Source of the DNA: Octopus bimaculoides
Lineage: Eukaryota
Length of the DNA: 39,403 nt
Reading direction: 5' to 3'
Assembly (NCBI RefSeq): GCF_001194135.2
Contig: NC_068984.1
Coordinates: forward strand, 61,365,164-61,404,566
The notes beneath the pieces are model-generated. The model had not been told where the DNA came from. It did not search any database and saw only the letters and a list, made by a program, of their open reading frames with translations. The translations under genes were made by a program, and so were the position numbers. Below, piece by piece: positions 24,226-37,399 of the stretch; position 1 is the stretch's first letter; each line of letters opens with the position of its first letter.

Positions 24226-26253
24226 CTACCTACAGACATACATACGTGCATATATTCATGCATACATACATAAATACATACATACATACATGGGAGTGTG
24301 TGTCTTACTTATATGAATTATCTCTTAATGTTTCATTAAAGACACTGACTACTTTGCTTTTGTAAATTCTATAAACTCTCTCACTTTGTCTAGACGTTTT
24401 GATATTTTTTATAATCAGTATATGCCGTACTGCAACTATACATCATAACCTCTGCATGAACAATTTAGCTGCCTCAATATATAAGCTTATCTCTTTGAAG
24501 ATTAAAATTTGCTATGAATAGTTCCGTGTTCTATTATGCAAACAACATGTTGATTCACCTAATTCTTTGCAAGGTTAGTGAATGTTTCAGGAATTGCTGT
24601 AGACTGTGGTAATGCTTTGCATATTAAACGTGGATGTCGAACTTATACGATTGATCGCCTAGGAATAGTAGGTCAATTGTAATCAAGTCAGGTCCTGTTA
24701 TTATAAACACGAAAAATTTATTTGATAATTCCACATATGCTATATCTGACTATATTAGAACTGGAACGCTTCTGCTTATAGCTCTGATCACTTAGGTCTG
24801 ATCAAGATTTAACTAGCAAAACTGACACTGATCAATTCCAGATTCTTCTAACAAAAACAAATCTTCGGTAAAAATAGTCTGAAAATTCTATTTTAAATTC
24901 TAAGCATCATGTTATATCTGATTAGATGCTATACTAATAATACAGATCAAAGACGGACGGTCGTCAATGGTTTAACTGATTTATCCTAATTGCCCATTGA
25001 TTATGTTTAACAGAAAATATATTAATACAACACGCTTGGACAAGGCAAAAAATTTGTTTGAAAATGATATTGTACCCGTCCCTGCTAAATATTTTGCGGT
25101 CGCAAAGAAGATGAGACAAAGTCAACCCACACTACAACCGAACTCACAGTCTCATAATCTAGGACTATTAATGGAGCACTTTTTCACTATATCAACCTAA
25201 TATAGTATTAATAGATCGTAACACAAAACCTTATTGGAAAAGAATAGTGTATATGAATGATTCCTGTTTAGCTGTGAATATAATTTATTCTGTTCCATGT
25301 TTTCAGGTGGGAAACCAAATATAGTAATGAATAATTTATCCCTTAAGAAATATTCATATATACTACATAAAATTCGTTAAGCTTTATTTGCCTAGCCTCA
25401 CTATATAACCTGTAAAGAAATTTTTAAAAAATTACTCCTTGTATATAGAAAATTAGCAAATTAAATTAAAATTTTATTCAGAGAATGTTTTTGAGTTAAT
25501 TTATTTATACTGAAACTGCAAGGAAATCTAGGATGTGTATTTCATTAAATGAAATGTATTTTCCATTATAAACTCAATCACATATCAGAACATTTAAACC
25601 TTTGTAATTAAACATACTAGGATTCTCGTGAGAAATATGCTTGTATATTTAATTTAACGAATCATTTAACTTATTTAATTTAGCATTGAATTAATTCAGT
25701 GAATCACAAGAACATTTCTGCTTTGGGAGAAAAAGATCACGATAAGAATGATATTTTTATTCATATTTCAATGTATACATTTGCTACTTTAAGAAAACAG
25801 TTTACATATATTCAAATTTTATAGCAGAAATTTTGATTAATAAAATTAGCTATCTAGTGAAAGAGTGACACAATAATTTACATTTAAGTTAATTTTCGAT
25901 TCATTTAAATGCTATCTATCGTTGTTCTTTATCCTGAGGTCAGACCTCATTGAGTAGATCTCTGTTCAAAGGCGTTCCAGCCTTGACAATTATCTGCTGA
26001 TCTAGGACCACATTTTAAAAACGTTAGTGATTCAAAGAAAATTGGCTGTAATTTCTAAGATGTAGAGCGACTTTCTTTAACTTGAAATATCAATTGTTGG
26101 GTTTTGATGGGTTTTGGTTATTATTGATCTTCCCGGTGGGACTGAAATAACATGAAACCAACAAGCGTTGATAAATCATATGAAAGTTACATGTTGATGA
26201 ATGCATTGAAAAAATCTTTAAAAATAACAATAGATACATTATAAATATTAGAC

Positions 26254-26340
26254 CAGTGGTTCCCAGCCTTTTCACAGAGGTTCCCAATAATGGCTCCCAA
26301 GCCTTTTATTGAAATGAGTTTTCTCACGGATTCCTTTTCA
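26254..26340 (+). mobile_element. Possible left end of a hAT (Charlie-like) DNA transposon or MITE
   Basis: CAGTGGTTCCCAGCC resembles Charlie-type TIRs and is preceded by TATTAGAC, similar to the NTCTAGAN target preference. The partner TIR is not visible (gap 26366-27150). Confidence 0.4.
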
Positions 26341-27454
26341 TATGCTTATTCATATATACATACATNNNNNNNNNNNNNNNNNNNNNNNNNNNNNNNNNNN
26401 NNNNNNNNNNNNNNNNNNNNNNNNNNNNNNNNNNNNNNNNNNNNNNNNNNNNNNNNNNNNNNNNNNNNNNNNNNNNNNNNNNNNNNNNNNNNNNNNNNNN
26501 NNNNNNNNNNNNNNNNNNNNNNNNNNNNNNNNNNNNNNNNNNNNNNNNNNNNNNNNNNNNNNNNNNNNNNNNNNNNNNNNNNNNNNNNNNNNNNNNNNNN
26601 NNNNNNNNNNNNNNNNNNNNNNNNNNNNNNNNNNNNNNNNNNNNNNNNNNNNNNNNNNNNNNNNNNNNNNNNNNNNNNNNNNNNNNNNNNNNNNNNNNNN
26701 NNNNNNNNNNNNNNNNNNNNNNNNNNNNNNNNNNNNNNNNNNNNNNNNNNNNNNNNNNNNNNNNNNNNNNNNNNNNNNNNNNNNNNNNNNNNNNNNNNNN
26801 NNNNNNNNNNNNNNNNNNNNNNNNNNNNNNNNNNNNNNNNNNNNNNNNNNNNNNNNNNNNNNNNNNNNNNNNNNNNNNNNNNNNNNNNNNNNNNNNNNNN
26901 NNNNNNNNNNNNNNNNNNNNNNNNNNNNNNNNNNNNNNNNNNNNNNNNNNNNNNNNNNNNNNNNNNNNNNNNNNNNNNNNNNNNNNNNNNNNNNNNNNNN
27001 NNNNNNNNNNNNNNNNNNNNNNNNNNNNNNNNNNNNNNNNNNNNNNNNNNNNNNNNNNNNNNNNNNNNNNNNNNNNNNNNNNNNNNNNNNNNNNNNNNNN
27101 NNNNNNNNNNNNNNNNNNNNNNNNNNNNNNNNNNNNNNNNNNNNNNNNNNTATATATATATGTATATGTATATATATATGAAATTTTGAATTTAGTTCAT
27201 ATGTATAAACTTGAGTATGTAGGTGAATGTTTTTGAGCCTTATATTACGTTGAGTTGAACCAAAAATGTTCTTTTCTGGTGTTGATACTTGAATATATGA
27301 AACGGTGTAATTTTCTTAATATTCTCGCAGCTAATGAAGCATTGATCAAATTTCCTTTGTCACTGCTTTTATAATATTGAATTATTTCTCCTTTTGACGT
27401 CTACTGACAACTCAGGAATTAAGAATACTAAGTTTCATATTGGACATAATCATC

Positions 27455-27632
27455 ATCACGCTGGGTAAAGTGTTTCGCTGCTTTTCATCTGTCTTTATGT
27501 TCTGAATACAAATGACGGCAAGAAGGACTTTACCTTTTATGCTCTCTTGGGGTCGACAAAATAAGTACCACTTAAGTGCTGGCTTGATGACTTCGACAAG
27601 CCCTCTCCGCCCAAATTTCCGGTCTTCCGAAA
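27455..27632 (+). mobile_element. tRNA-derived SINE family 1, degenerate
   Basis: CACGCTGGGTAAAGTGTTTCGCTGCTTTTCATCTGTCTTTATGTTCTGAATACAAAT...GGGGTCGACAAAATAAGTACCAC. Confidence 0.75.
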
Positions 27633-29959
27633 GGGTATTAGACAGATGACACGCAGCATGCTTTCTAGCAATATTGGAATGTGCAAAGAAGAAGCGAACA
27701 TATTTATATGAAATTAGTTGTCCAGTGTTTCACAACAGTTCTCTCTATCTTTTTTATTTATAAAAAAGCAAGAGAAACTTGAAGTGTTTCGCTCGTTTAA
27801 CGGTTTTTGTCAATTAGATCTAATCTCACAAACAGAGAAATCTCTACATAGTGACTCATACTGCTGCATATGGTAGGCAAATGTTCATATTACACCGATC
27901 ACTTCTAAGAAGGGAATGTTTCCTTAACCAGTCTTAGATATCAGTGAAAAGTTAGGCTACCACGGCTGGAATACCTTTCATTATGTTTCTACTTATTCAC
28001 GAGTTGGTCTAGGGAAACCATAATAACAGCGAATGTCGAATGTCCGTCAAGTAAAATCGCGAAATATTCTTTCCCTATAAAGTGTTGAAGCAGACATTTG
28101 TCACATTTACGATATCTCAGTGCTTATAATATTGAACTTTACTTTCCTGCGATACTGCATTATCTACTTATAGATCGATAGGTAGCCTCTTGAGAGTTGT
28201 GCGTCTTTGCAACAATCATACTGCAATAATAAAAGCCGGCAATCTCTTATGCTGTCAACATAGCAATGAACGTATTTAAGCGCAAAACAATATTTTTTCA
28301 TGAGGAAATGAATGAGTGTATATAATACTCGAGCATTTCGCAAGTGTATTGCTTATATTAAGTGAAAGAAATTGCTTTAGCGAAAATCAGGTTTGATGTA
28401 TCCCCTTAACGTTTTCGAATGATTAGTATAATTTAAATTACTTGACTCATTTATAAAATCTTGTTTCACTGAAGTTAATGAAATAATTAATCGTATTGGA
28501 TTATACAAATTTCATTTTGTGCTGTAGTCAATAATCTAGATTAAGTCGAGTGCTAATAACAAACAAAATCTGACCTTCAACTGGATTGTTGGTTGCAATT
28601 TCTACTATTTGGCAATCGATTCGGGAATTTCTACTCTTTCGTTAATCAATTCGGGAAATTTATGAACACAACTGCACATGTCAATCACATGGGACTAACC
28701 ACTATTTAGTGGAATATTTTCATCACGGAACGTCAGACATCTGACATTATACTTGCAGTGGTGAGACGTTTCTTTCTTTTTTTATTTGTACTAATATGTC
28801 ATTTAAAAGAAAGCAAAATTAATCGAAAAAGAAATGTAATAGGGAATTAAAATAATTCCACGATTCGACTGCTTCTGCATTGTGAAATGCATACAAGAAC
28901 GTCTTTTTTGCGTTGTACACGGTTTTATTTTAAATATACTTTTATGAAATGCGTAAAAGTATTTGTCATATTCATACGTCTCTATAATTATAGACGAATT
29001 AAAATATCATCTCCTTGGAATTGAAACCGGGCTGTCTTGTTAGATCATTATATCTCTTCGCTGTGCTCTACAATTTTCGCTACTTAATTAAATTGTTTTT
29101 TTTTTATTTTGAAATGTGCTTGTATGTATGTATTCCTGTGGCCTGTCCGTGTAGGTTTGTTTGTTTATAATGTATACGTATCTCATTCAGCATTTTAGTC
29201 CTGTTTGGTTTGTAGATCGTTGCAATTATATAGAACGTAGCGGACAAAGAAGTGATAACCGAATAAACGAATAATTATAAAACTTCGTTTTTGTAATTAT
29301 TTGTTTAGTGCTAAGAAACAATGCAAAAGCTTTCAAACAAATACTTTTGTACAATCCTCGACTTCCTTCCAGATTTTTGCACTGCCACCACAATCTTAAA
29401 CTACAGAAACATCAGCTACTAGTGATGTTTCAGGCGAGTGATAGGATCCATTCTTAGCAGAATCCCAGTTACTGCAATTCCGGACTAACTAGGTTAGGAG
29501 CACTGTAGTTTGGATAGTACATCTCGCTATACCGAAGATACATAGAAGTTACTACCGAAACCGAAACGTAACTACAAGAATCCTGGCTTCAACCGGTTCT
29601 CTCTATAATGGTATAAAATTCAAAATAGAACAATCAACAGTGTTTGCATCCCTCCTTAATACATCTAGGCCAAAGAATGTTTCAACGAAAAAAAATGTCT
29701 AAAGCCATACAGAACCGAGACAAATGTGTGGCAGCGGACGATCAAGTTTTAACATAAACTAATCAAAATGGGAGCAGTTTCGTACATAGGATATCGTGCT
29801 TGATAAAAGTAATACGTTAATTTAAACTAAAAAAAGCTGGATGTCTGAGAGCTATTTTAGTTGGAAATAGAATTCTAGTCTAAACCATGGAAGAAGGCTC
29901 GATACATGGATCAACGTATTTAGTGTCACAGGACAACTGTGCTATAAGATTTTGAGTGA

Positions 29960-31900
29960 AGAAAAACGCGAATTCTTTTTGCTTAAAATTAGATACTTAG
30001 GGCAAATAACTGATAAAAATGGTAGAAGGCCTGACCCGGCCAGGGCAGGCGCAATAAAGAATATGCTTGCTCCAACAAATATACCAACATTACAAGCGTT
30101 TCTTGAGTTGGTAAACTACTACCAAAACTACATTCCTAACATGCATAAATTAAGAGCTCCATTGAATGACTTATTAAAAATGCAAAGTGGAATTGGTTGG
30201 TTAAATGCCAAAACGCGTATGAAGAAATAAAAAAAACTTCTAATCACAGATTTTCCTCTAGCGAATTTCGATCCTGAAACGGACATTGTTGTAGCGTCTG
30301 ATGCCCCGGAGTACAGAATAGGAACAATCTTGCTACACAAGTATAACTATGGAAGTACGAAACCAATAATTCATGTTTCACGCTGGCTGATAGCGGCAGG
30401 TAAAATATACAGTCAGATAGAAAAAGAAGCCCTATCGATTGTCTTTGCTGTAAAAAAATTTCACAGGTTTCTGCATGAAAGACGTTTTCTGTTACAAACA
30501 GTTCATCGACCACAGGTATCAATTTATGGGTCAAAGAACGTCTTACCTACCCATACAACAAACCGAGTACAACGTTGGGGTAAAATATTACTAAATTACA
30601 ATTTCAAAATACAGTATGTGTCATCGAAAAAATTGCTCATGCGGACTATCTATCGAGACTAATTCTCAAAAATGCGGAGACACTAGAAGATACTGTAATA
30701 GCCGCACTGCAGGCAAAAAATGAGATAAAGAGTATTATGACTTTTGTTATCCAAGAACTGCTAGCGACCGCACAAGATATAAGAATGAAATCTGTAGGCA
30801 ATGAGTATATTACAAAAATGTAAGTAGCTTTAAAACATAAGCAGAATAAAAATGGAAATTCAAGTAGTTTCTAAATATGCGGCGATATTCTGTTGTATAC
30901 GCAAAGAGTTGTAGTACCGACTACATTACACAAACATGTATTGCAGCAATTCCACAGCGGAGGCCCGGGAATGTCGAGGATGAAAGCTCTGATAAGGAGC
31001 GACCTCTATTGACCGACTATAGACCGGGTTATCGAAGATTTGGTTAGAACTTGTCGAGGTTGCGCGCCCACGGTCAAAGCCCCGCCGAAAATATCAATCG
31101 TGGCTCGAGACTGAGAACCCATGGTCTAGGTTACATATCCACTATGCCGGATCGGTGAACAGTGCTTACTATCTAAACATGGTAGACAGCTGTACAGAGT
31201 GGCAAATATTAATTTCCTATATGAATTGTTTGCGCGATACAGTGTTCCAGACACATTAGTTAATGGGCCGCAATTCTCGGTGTATGAATTCAAGAACGCC
31301 TGTAAAATGCTTGCGATAAAGCATGTTTCCACTCCATCCTACCACTCGAGGTCAAATTGGCAGGCAGAAAGATTCGTGGACACATTCAAAATGGTGTTCA
31401 GAAAAGCCAGGAACGAACCAAATAACGACGAAGAACTAACAAAATTTCAAATGTATATAGAGTAACCCCAATCCAAGGGCAAATTAACGAAATTCGCCCG
31501 CAGAATTGATGTTCGCGAGAAAAATAAAATCGAGTTTTGATAAGATATTGCCAGAGAAAATAAGATGTAAATGAAATACGAAAGACACAACGAAATATTT
31601 CGAAGGAGATAAAGTGCATTTTATAACCTACAGAAACAGAATGGAAGGCTGGTAGGATGGCCTTGTAACTAAGAAGAAATTAGGAAGTATGATTTATTAA
31701 ATTATAGGACCACGCTGGGAACATAGGAGATACATAAATCAACTAAAGAAGAGACACACCGAAGAACGGAATGAAATTCCCATGGAAATATTTTTTGATA
31801 TATTCGATGTCCCAGCACCGAAAGTAATGGAGTCCCGTAGAACAAGCCTGAGAAAACGGAAGGAGACCGAACACCTTGAGATAAGGACCAAGTGAAAAAG
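29960..31900 (+). mobile_element. Ty3/Gypsy pol remnant: RT thumb/connection, RNase H and integrase (multiple stops and frameshifts)
   Basis: KIRYLGQITDKNGRRPDP...LQAFLELVNYY; RNase H IVVASDAPEYRIG...YSQIEKEALSIVF...RWG...HADYLSRL; integrase Zn finger FHSGGPGMSRMK...CRGC (30949-31063); NGPQF (31262-31276); SNWQAERFV (31351-31377). RT-RH-IN order. Confidence 0.92.
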
Positions 31901-31959
31901 ATCCTTAAAAAAATAATAAATAAATAAAATTTCTTTATTCCTTCGGAACTCGAAATTTC

Positions 31960-31970
31960 AAAAGAGGAGA
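31960..31970 (+). other. Polypurine tract of the Gypsy element
   Basis: AAAAGAGGAGA immediately before TGTGGCG, downstream of the integrase. Confidence 0.75.
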
Positions 31971-32201
31971 TGTGGCGAGTGTACGACACCCTCTGGCGAG
32001 AATAGACAGGACCACTATGTATAAATAGTAGTGGTCTGACACAGTCGGTAATTCGTAGTTTGGTTTTCGAAGTCCAGGTGCAGTTTACACTACGAGTTGG
32101 TGTGTTGAAAATATTGATTATTGGTTCGTAAAAGATTGTTGGTCCATAACGTGTTTCTTACTGCCGTTGTTTCTATTTTGTATTGTTATAAAATTGTTAC
32201 A
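31971..32201 (+). mobile_element. Putative 3' LTR of the Gypsy element (right boundary uncertain)
   Basis: Starts TG directly after the PPT and has a TATAAA at 32020-32025. A candidate ...TTACA end lies at 32201. No matching 5' LTR is recognisable in the window. Confidence 0.55.
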
Positions 32202-33212
32202 GTGTTTTCTTTATCTATTGTCGACAATGTCAACCGTACTACGATATTGGAGGTGTATAGCTGTAAGGATATAACATTTATATTCGTAGAGAACTGCGCG
32301 TATTCTTATGGCAGGGTTCAAGGTTATAGTTCATCACCATTCTAAATTGTAAATCCGTAGTTTCGCTTCAGTGAAACTAGTTTTTATGCAGAGTGAAATA
32401 CAAGACAAGGTATGAATAATAGTCATTACATATTTTCCTTTATTTGAGTAAATTTGGCTCACAGCTGTTTCCAGTAGTTATTATAGGCACATCACTGACA
32501 GGTTTCCTCAACTGACCTATTGATCAGTTGATAAACATTGAACGACCTAAGAAGTTAATGCTAATTTCGTCAGAACCGAACCGATAAATGAACAGGATGT
32601 AAACAAACCAACACCAGTTGTCAAGCGTTGGTGGGCACAAACATAGACACACACACACTTACAGAGAGACACACGTGCACACATACATATATACACACAC
32701 TAGCATATATATATATATANNNNNNNNNNNNNNNNNNNNNNNNNNNNNNNNNNNNNNNNNNNNNNNNNNNNNNNNNNNNNNNNNNNNNNNNNNNNNNNNN
32801 NNNNNNNNNNNNNNNNNNNNNNNNNNNNNNNNNNNNNNNNNNNNNNNNNNNNNNNNNNNNNNNNNNNNNNNNNNNNNNNNNNNNNNNNNNNNNNNNNNNN
32901 NNNNNNNNNNNNNNNNNNNNNNNNNNNNNNNNNNNNNNNNNNNNNNNNNNNNNNNNNNNNNNNNNNNNNNNNNNNNNNNNNNNNNNNNNNNNNNNNNNNN
33001 NNNNNNNNNNNNNNNNNNNNNNNNNNNNNNNNNNNNNNNNNNNNNNNNNNNNNNNNNNNNNNNNNNNNNNNNNNNNNNNNNNNNNNNNNNNNNNNNNNNN
33101 NNNNNNNNNNNNNNNNNNNNNNNNNNNNNNNNNNNNNNNNNNNNNNNNNNNNNNNNNNNNNNNNNNNNNNNNNNNNNNNNNNNNNNNNNNNNNNNNNNNN
33201 NNNNNNNNNNNN

Positions 33213-33541
33213 CACTCACACTATGTATCTTACAAACACGCACGCGCGCGCATAGACACGTGTCTCTTTGTGAATATGTTTGTATACATTTATGTATGTG
33301 TGTGTTTGTAAGAGACAGAGTGTGAGTGAGAGAGAGAGGTTTGTTGTCATGTATACGTACATGCATAAATATACATACATCTTTGGATGTATGCATATGA
33401 CAACACAGCCCTTGACTCACTCACACTATGTATCTTACAAACACGCACGCGCGCGCATAGACACGTGTCTCTTTGTGAATATGTTTGTATACATTTATGT
33501 ATGTGTGTGTTTGTAAGAGACAGAGTGTGAGTGAGTCAAGG
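33213..33541. repeat. 118-bp exact direct duplication (33213-33330 = 33418-33535); the second copy sits in a 132-bp hairpin
   Basis: Copies identical by manual comparison. Perfect 18-bp inverted repeats at 33410-33427 and 33524-33541, extended by 18/21 further matches. Confidence 0.9.
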
Positions 33542-34364
33542 TGTGTGAAGCTTTTTGCGGTTGTGAAGCATTTTGCGGTTGTTACGTCTATACCGGAAGT
33601 TGACATTGAGGAAGCTTTTTAAAGAAGTGAATCTTAGATATAAAGCAATATTATTTATTTTTAATTTAAAAAAATCAAATGAAGAGCCTAAGATTTATCC
33701 GAGGTCAAATTATTCATGCATTACAAGTATGGAAGCATTTGGTGAAGTCGATTTCACGTGAAAAGCNNNNNNNNNNNNNNNNNNNNNNNNNNNNNNNNNN
33801 NNNNNNNNNNNNNNNNNNNNNNNNNNNNNNNNNNNNNNNNNNNNNNNNNNNNNNNNNNNNNNNNNNNNNNNNNNNNNNNNNNNNNNNNNNNNNNNNNNNN
33901 NNNNNNNNNNNNNNNNNNNNNNNNNNNNNNNNNNNNNNNNNNNNNNNNNNNNNNNNNNNNNNNNNNNNNNNNNNNNNNNNNNNNNNNNNNNNNNNNNNNN
34001 NNNNNNNNNNNNNNNNNNNNNNNNNNNNNNNNNNNNNNNNNNNNNNNNNNNNNNNNNNNNNNNNNNNNNNNNNNNNNNNNNNNNNNNNNNNNNNNNNNNN
34101 NNNNNNNNNNNNNNNNNNNNNNNNNNNNNNNNNNNNNNNNNNNNNNNNNNNNNNNNNNNNNNNNNNNNNNNNNNNNNNNNNNNNNNNTGTATATATATAT
34201 ATATATATATATATATGGTAAAAGACGAAGAGGAAAAGAATGAGAATTTGATGCACGCCGCATATTTTAAAATGATTAATACATTCCTTAGTTTTGTCTT
34301 ATACATGTCAGATAAGATATGATTTAACGCACAGCAAAGAAGTGTTAAAAAAAGAAAGACAGTG

Positions 34365-34374
34365 AAAGAGAGAG

Positions 34375-34416
<42 letters not shown>

Positions 34417-34457
34417 AGAGTGATAGAGAGAGAGAGTGAGAGAGAGAGAGAGAGAGA
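34365..34457. repeat. (GA)n microsatellite
   Basis: Directly visible. Confidence 0.95.
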
Positions 34458-35173
34458 AGGCATTAAGACAGAACGGTTGAGTGTTACTTTTCACTGCTAA
34501 TACAAACAGATAAAAATGCAAGAAAATGTATTAATTGTTTTATGAAATACATCACTGATGAAAACATATTTCGTATTTATAACATTGCTTAATTTCCTTT
34601 GGAAAAAAATGTCTACGTAGTATAAAAAAAACTAAATTGATACAAATGTATGTAGTTGATAGCTTATTTGTTATTAATATCATTTTATATCACTTCAGAT
34701 TTCTACTGACAGAATGAATTTGTGTTTCTTAGTCTGGTGACTCTTTAGAGTATTTTATGCAAATATCATTTGTAGCAAAAGAAAACAATAAGGAACAAAA
34801 TGGTAAACAAAGTTCACTTCTAGCTTGTTTTCTTTATAAACATCAGCAGAATGTCATAAAACATTTATACCTTCTTTTGTTTTCATGAATGTTTCGTGTA
34901 ATTTGATTTATCTACAACGTTCAGGAAATCGAATTCTAAGTAAGACAGAAACAATAGGGAAATAAATTTGTGATTTATTGTATGTTTGTATGGCGGTTTG
35001 TGTATTTATAAATAACTATGAAATGCCTGTACATATGTGGATAAGTGAATAGAACAAATCACTCACATGCATGAAGTTGTATCTATCTACGTATTAATCT
35101 ATTTCGCCCTCTCTATGCATATACATATGTGTGTGTGCGTGTATATATATATATATATGTGTGTGTGTGCGTG

Positions 35174-35211
<38 letters not shown>

Positions 35212-35341
35212 AATGTGTATATGCGTGTATGTAGCGGTAGTAATAATAATAGTCATCGTGGTGAAGTTGTTCCCTCTGGGGTTTTAATAAAAATTAGATT
35301 CTTCGACCCCATGTCTTTATTTCTTATAAACACACCCGTGT

Positions 35342-35412
<71 letters not shown>

Positions 35413-35767
35413 NNNNNNNNNNNNNNNNNNNNNNNNNNNNNNNNNNNNNNNNNNNNNNNNNNNNNNNNNNNNNNNNNNNNNNNNNNNNNNNNNNNNNNNN
35501 NNNNNNNNNNNNNNNNNNNNNNNNNNNNNNNNNNNNNNNNNNNNNNNNNNNNNNNNNNNNNNNNNNNNNNNNNNNNNNNNNNNNNNNNNNNNNNNNNNNN
35601 NNNNNNNNNNNNNNNNNNNNNNNNNNNNNNNNNNNNNNNNNATATATATATATATATATATATATATATACGTATATATACGTATATATACACACACATA
35701 TATAGATACATTAATACACACATACATATATATTAATACACACATATGTATTCACATGCATATATAT

Positions 35768-37322
35768 AAAAAAAGTTTGAGTGTCGCTAGTTTAGAGAAT
35801 TTAGACTCAGTCGATATTTTCTTATGAAAAGCATTTGCTTGCGTTCATTTTGACTTGCATGTCTTTGAATTTGTATAGTGGAAACGTTGTGAATTAGGAA
35901 AATTTGTTGGAAGCACATTCATCGAAGAACTGGCTGAGAGGTATTTTCCTGTATTCTGGAAATCTAATTTGAGATTTGTTCACCGCCGTCCTCTGACGTA
36001 GGCAGCCTTCTGTGCGTCCAATATATTGCCTTTTCCATCCCGAACATGTATGTAATCAAGTAAATCAAGTTCTCCGATGCACACGTAAAATTAGTTTTTA
36101 TAGTGAAATTATGGCCTTGTTCTAATCGGTGTTCTGATCCTTCTATTATGTTGATGCAAATCCCACAGTTCGGTCTCCCGCATTTTTTACTGTCGGCTTA
36201 GTGGTTATTGTTGAGTGTAATTTGGCCTGGGTTAAAATCTTTATTGATTTTGGTTTCTCTTACTTTTGAGGATTGTGTGTTTTGAGAATTTGAGTAATCT
36301 TTGGGTCTTTCTCGAGTAGAGCTGTGCTGTGGAGTATAGTGTTGAGGGCACATTGTTATGTGGGTTGTGTGTGGAAATGTAAGGCAGGGTTTTCAGTTTT
36401 TCTTCCTTCTTTCGTTTGGTTGTCTAAGTTCTTGCGTATTTAATTTAAGTACCCGTTGGATCGTATTGTTGATTAAGGGTTGTGAGTAATTCCTATTGAT
36501 GAGTGTGGTTTTCAATTCCTGGAGTCGTGTGATACTATTGTGTCTGATACTATTGTGCAAATTCTTTTGGCTAAATAAAATGGGGTTTTCATCCTGGTGT
36601 GTCTTGGGTGGTAAGAATCAAATGGCAGGTACTGTTTTCGAGTTCGTGGGTTTGTAATAGATATCTGTCTCTATTTTGTTACCGACTCCCTTTATATTCC
36701 TTGTTGTACTTTATCGTAAATTAGAGGTTTTCATTTATTCCGTTTAGAAGTATTTGGAATTCGTTAAGTTCTTTTATACTTTCATTCCAGAGGATGAAGC
36801 AGTCATCGAGATATCTTTTCCAGTTGTTTTGAATGTAGGTGGGAAAGGACTTTACGTATTTCTCCAGTATTCTCTGGTATAGTTTAATCTCGAGATTACC
36901 CGATTCGCGAAAGAAGGTGCAGTCCGTGTTCCCATTGCTGTCCCCAATTGGTGTCGGAAGTAGTCATTGTTAAATATAAAATAATTGTTGTCTAGGATAA
37001 ATCCTAGTCCTTCTATTATGAGTTCTTTTTAATGCGAGAAGGGAGTTCATAGGTGTAATTGTCTAACCAGAATGTGATGGCCTCTCTTCCTATAGTGTGG
37101 GAAATGTTTGAATATAGGTTGACTACGTCGAAGGATACTAGCAATGTTTTTTCATTGACAGTTTTTGGGAGGTAGTTGAGCATGTCCAGGTCATCCCTTA
37201 TGTAGCTCTTGATGTGTTTGAGGAAGGGTTTAAGTAGAGTGTCCAGGAAGTTGCGGAGGCGGTGGGTTTTGCATGCTAGAGCTGCTATTATTGGTCTTAG
37301 TTTCAGGTCATCAGGTGAGGGG
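35768..37322 (-). mobile_element. Penelope-like element (RT + Cys linker + GIY-YIG endonuclease), 5'-truncated and decayed; Neptune-like
   Basis: LKLRPII...LVSFDVVNLYSNI; QLGTAMGTRTAPSFAN (36903-36950); NWKRYLDDCF (~36795-36826); KKCGRPNCGIC linker (cysteines 36156-36182); NLIYLIT (36051-36071) ...QYIGRT (QYIG 36017-36028); ends FIRKYRLSLNSLN* (stop 35787-35789). Confidence 0.92.

Positions 37323-37399
<77 letters not shown>

Noticed and set aside
5124-24316. Low-complexity ORFs (YIYI, HTHT, CVCV, MYVC, poly-I/L/S/K/Y)
   Set aside because: They are stop-free readings of di-, tri- and tetranucleotide repeats.
29125-29450. Possible Gypsy 5' LTR and PBS (TGTGGC at ~29135; CAGGCGAGTG at ~29431)
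   Set aside because: Only the first 6 nt match the 3' LTR and the PBS is not convincing.
32456-32495. Minus-strand GGAAACAGCTGTGAGCC, similar to the 11.7-kb ribozyme 3' half
   Set aside because: The core reads GTGATGT and stem I does not pair; at best a decayed remnant.
33544-33600. 18-bp tandem duplication and a CCGGAAGT ETS-like motif
   Set aside because: A single short motif with no promoter context; small duplications are common here.
37290-37320. Minus-strand CTGATGA-CCT-GAAA
   Set aside because: No stem II, and it lies in Penelope RT codons (PDDLKL); coincidental.
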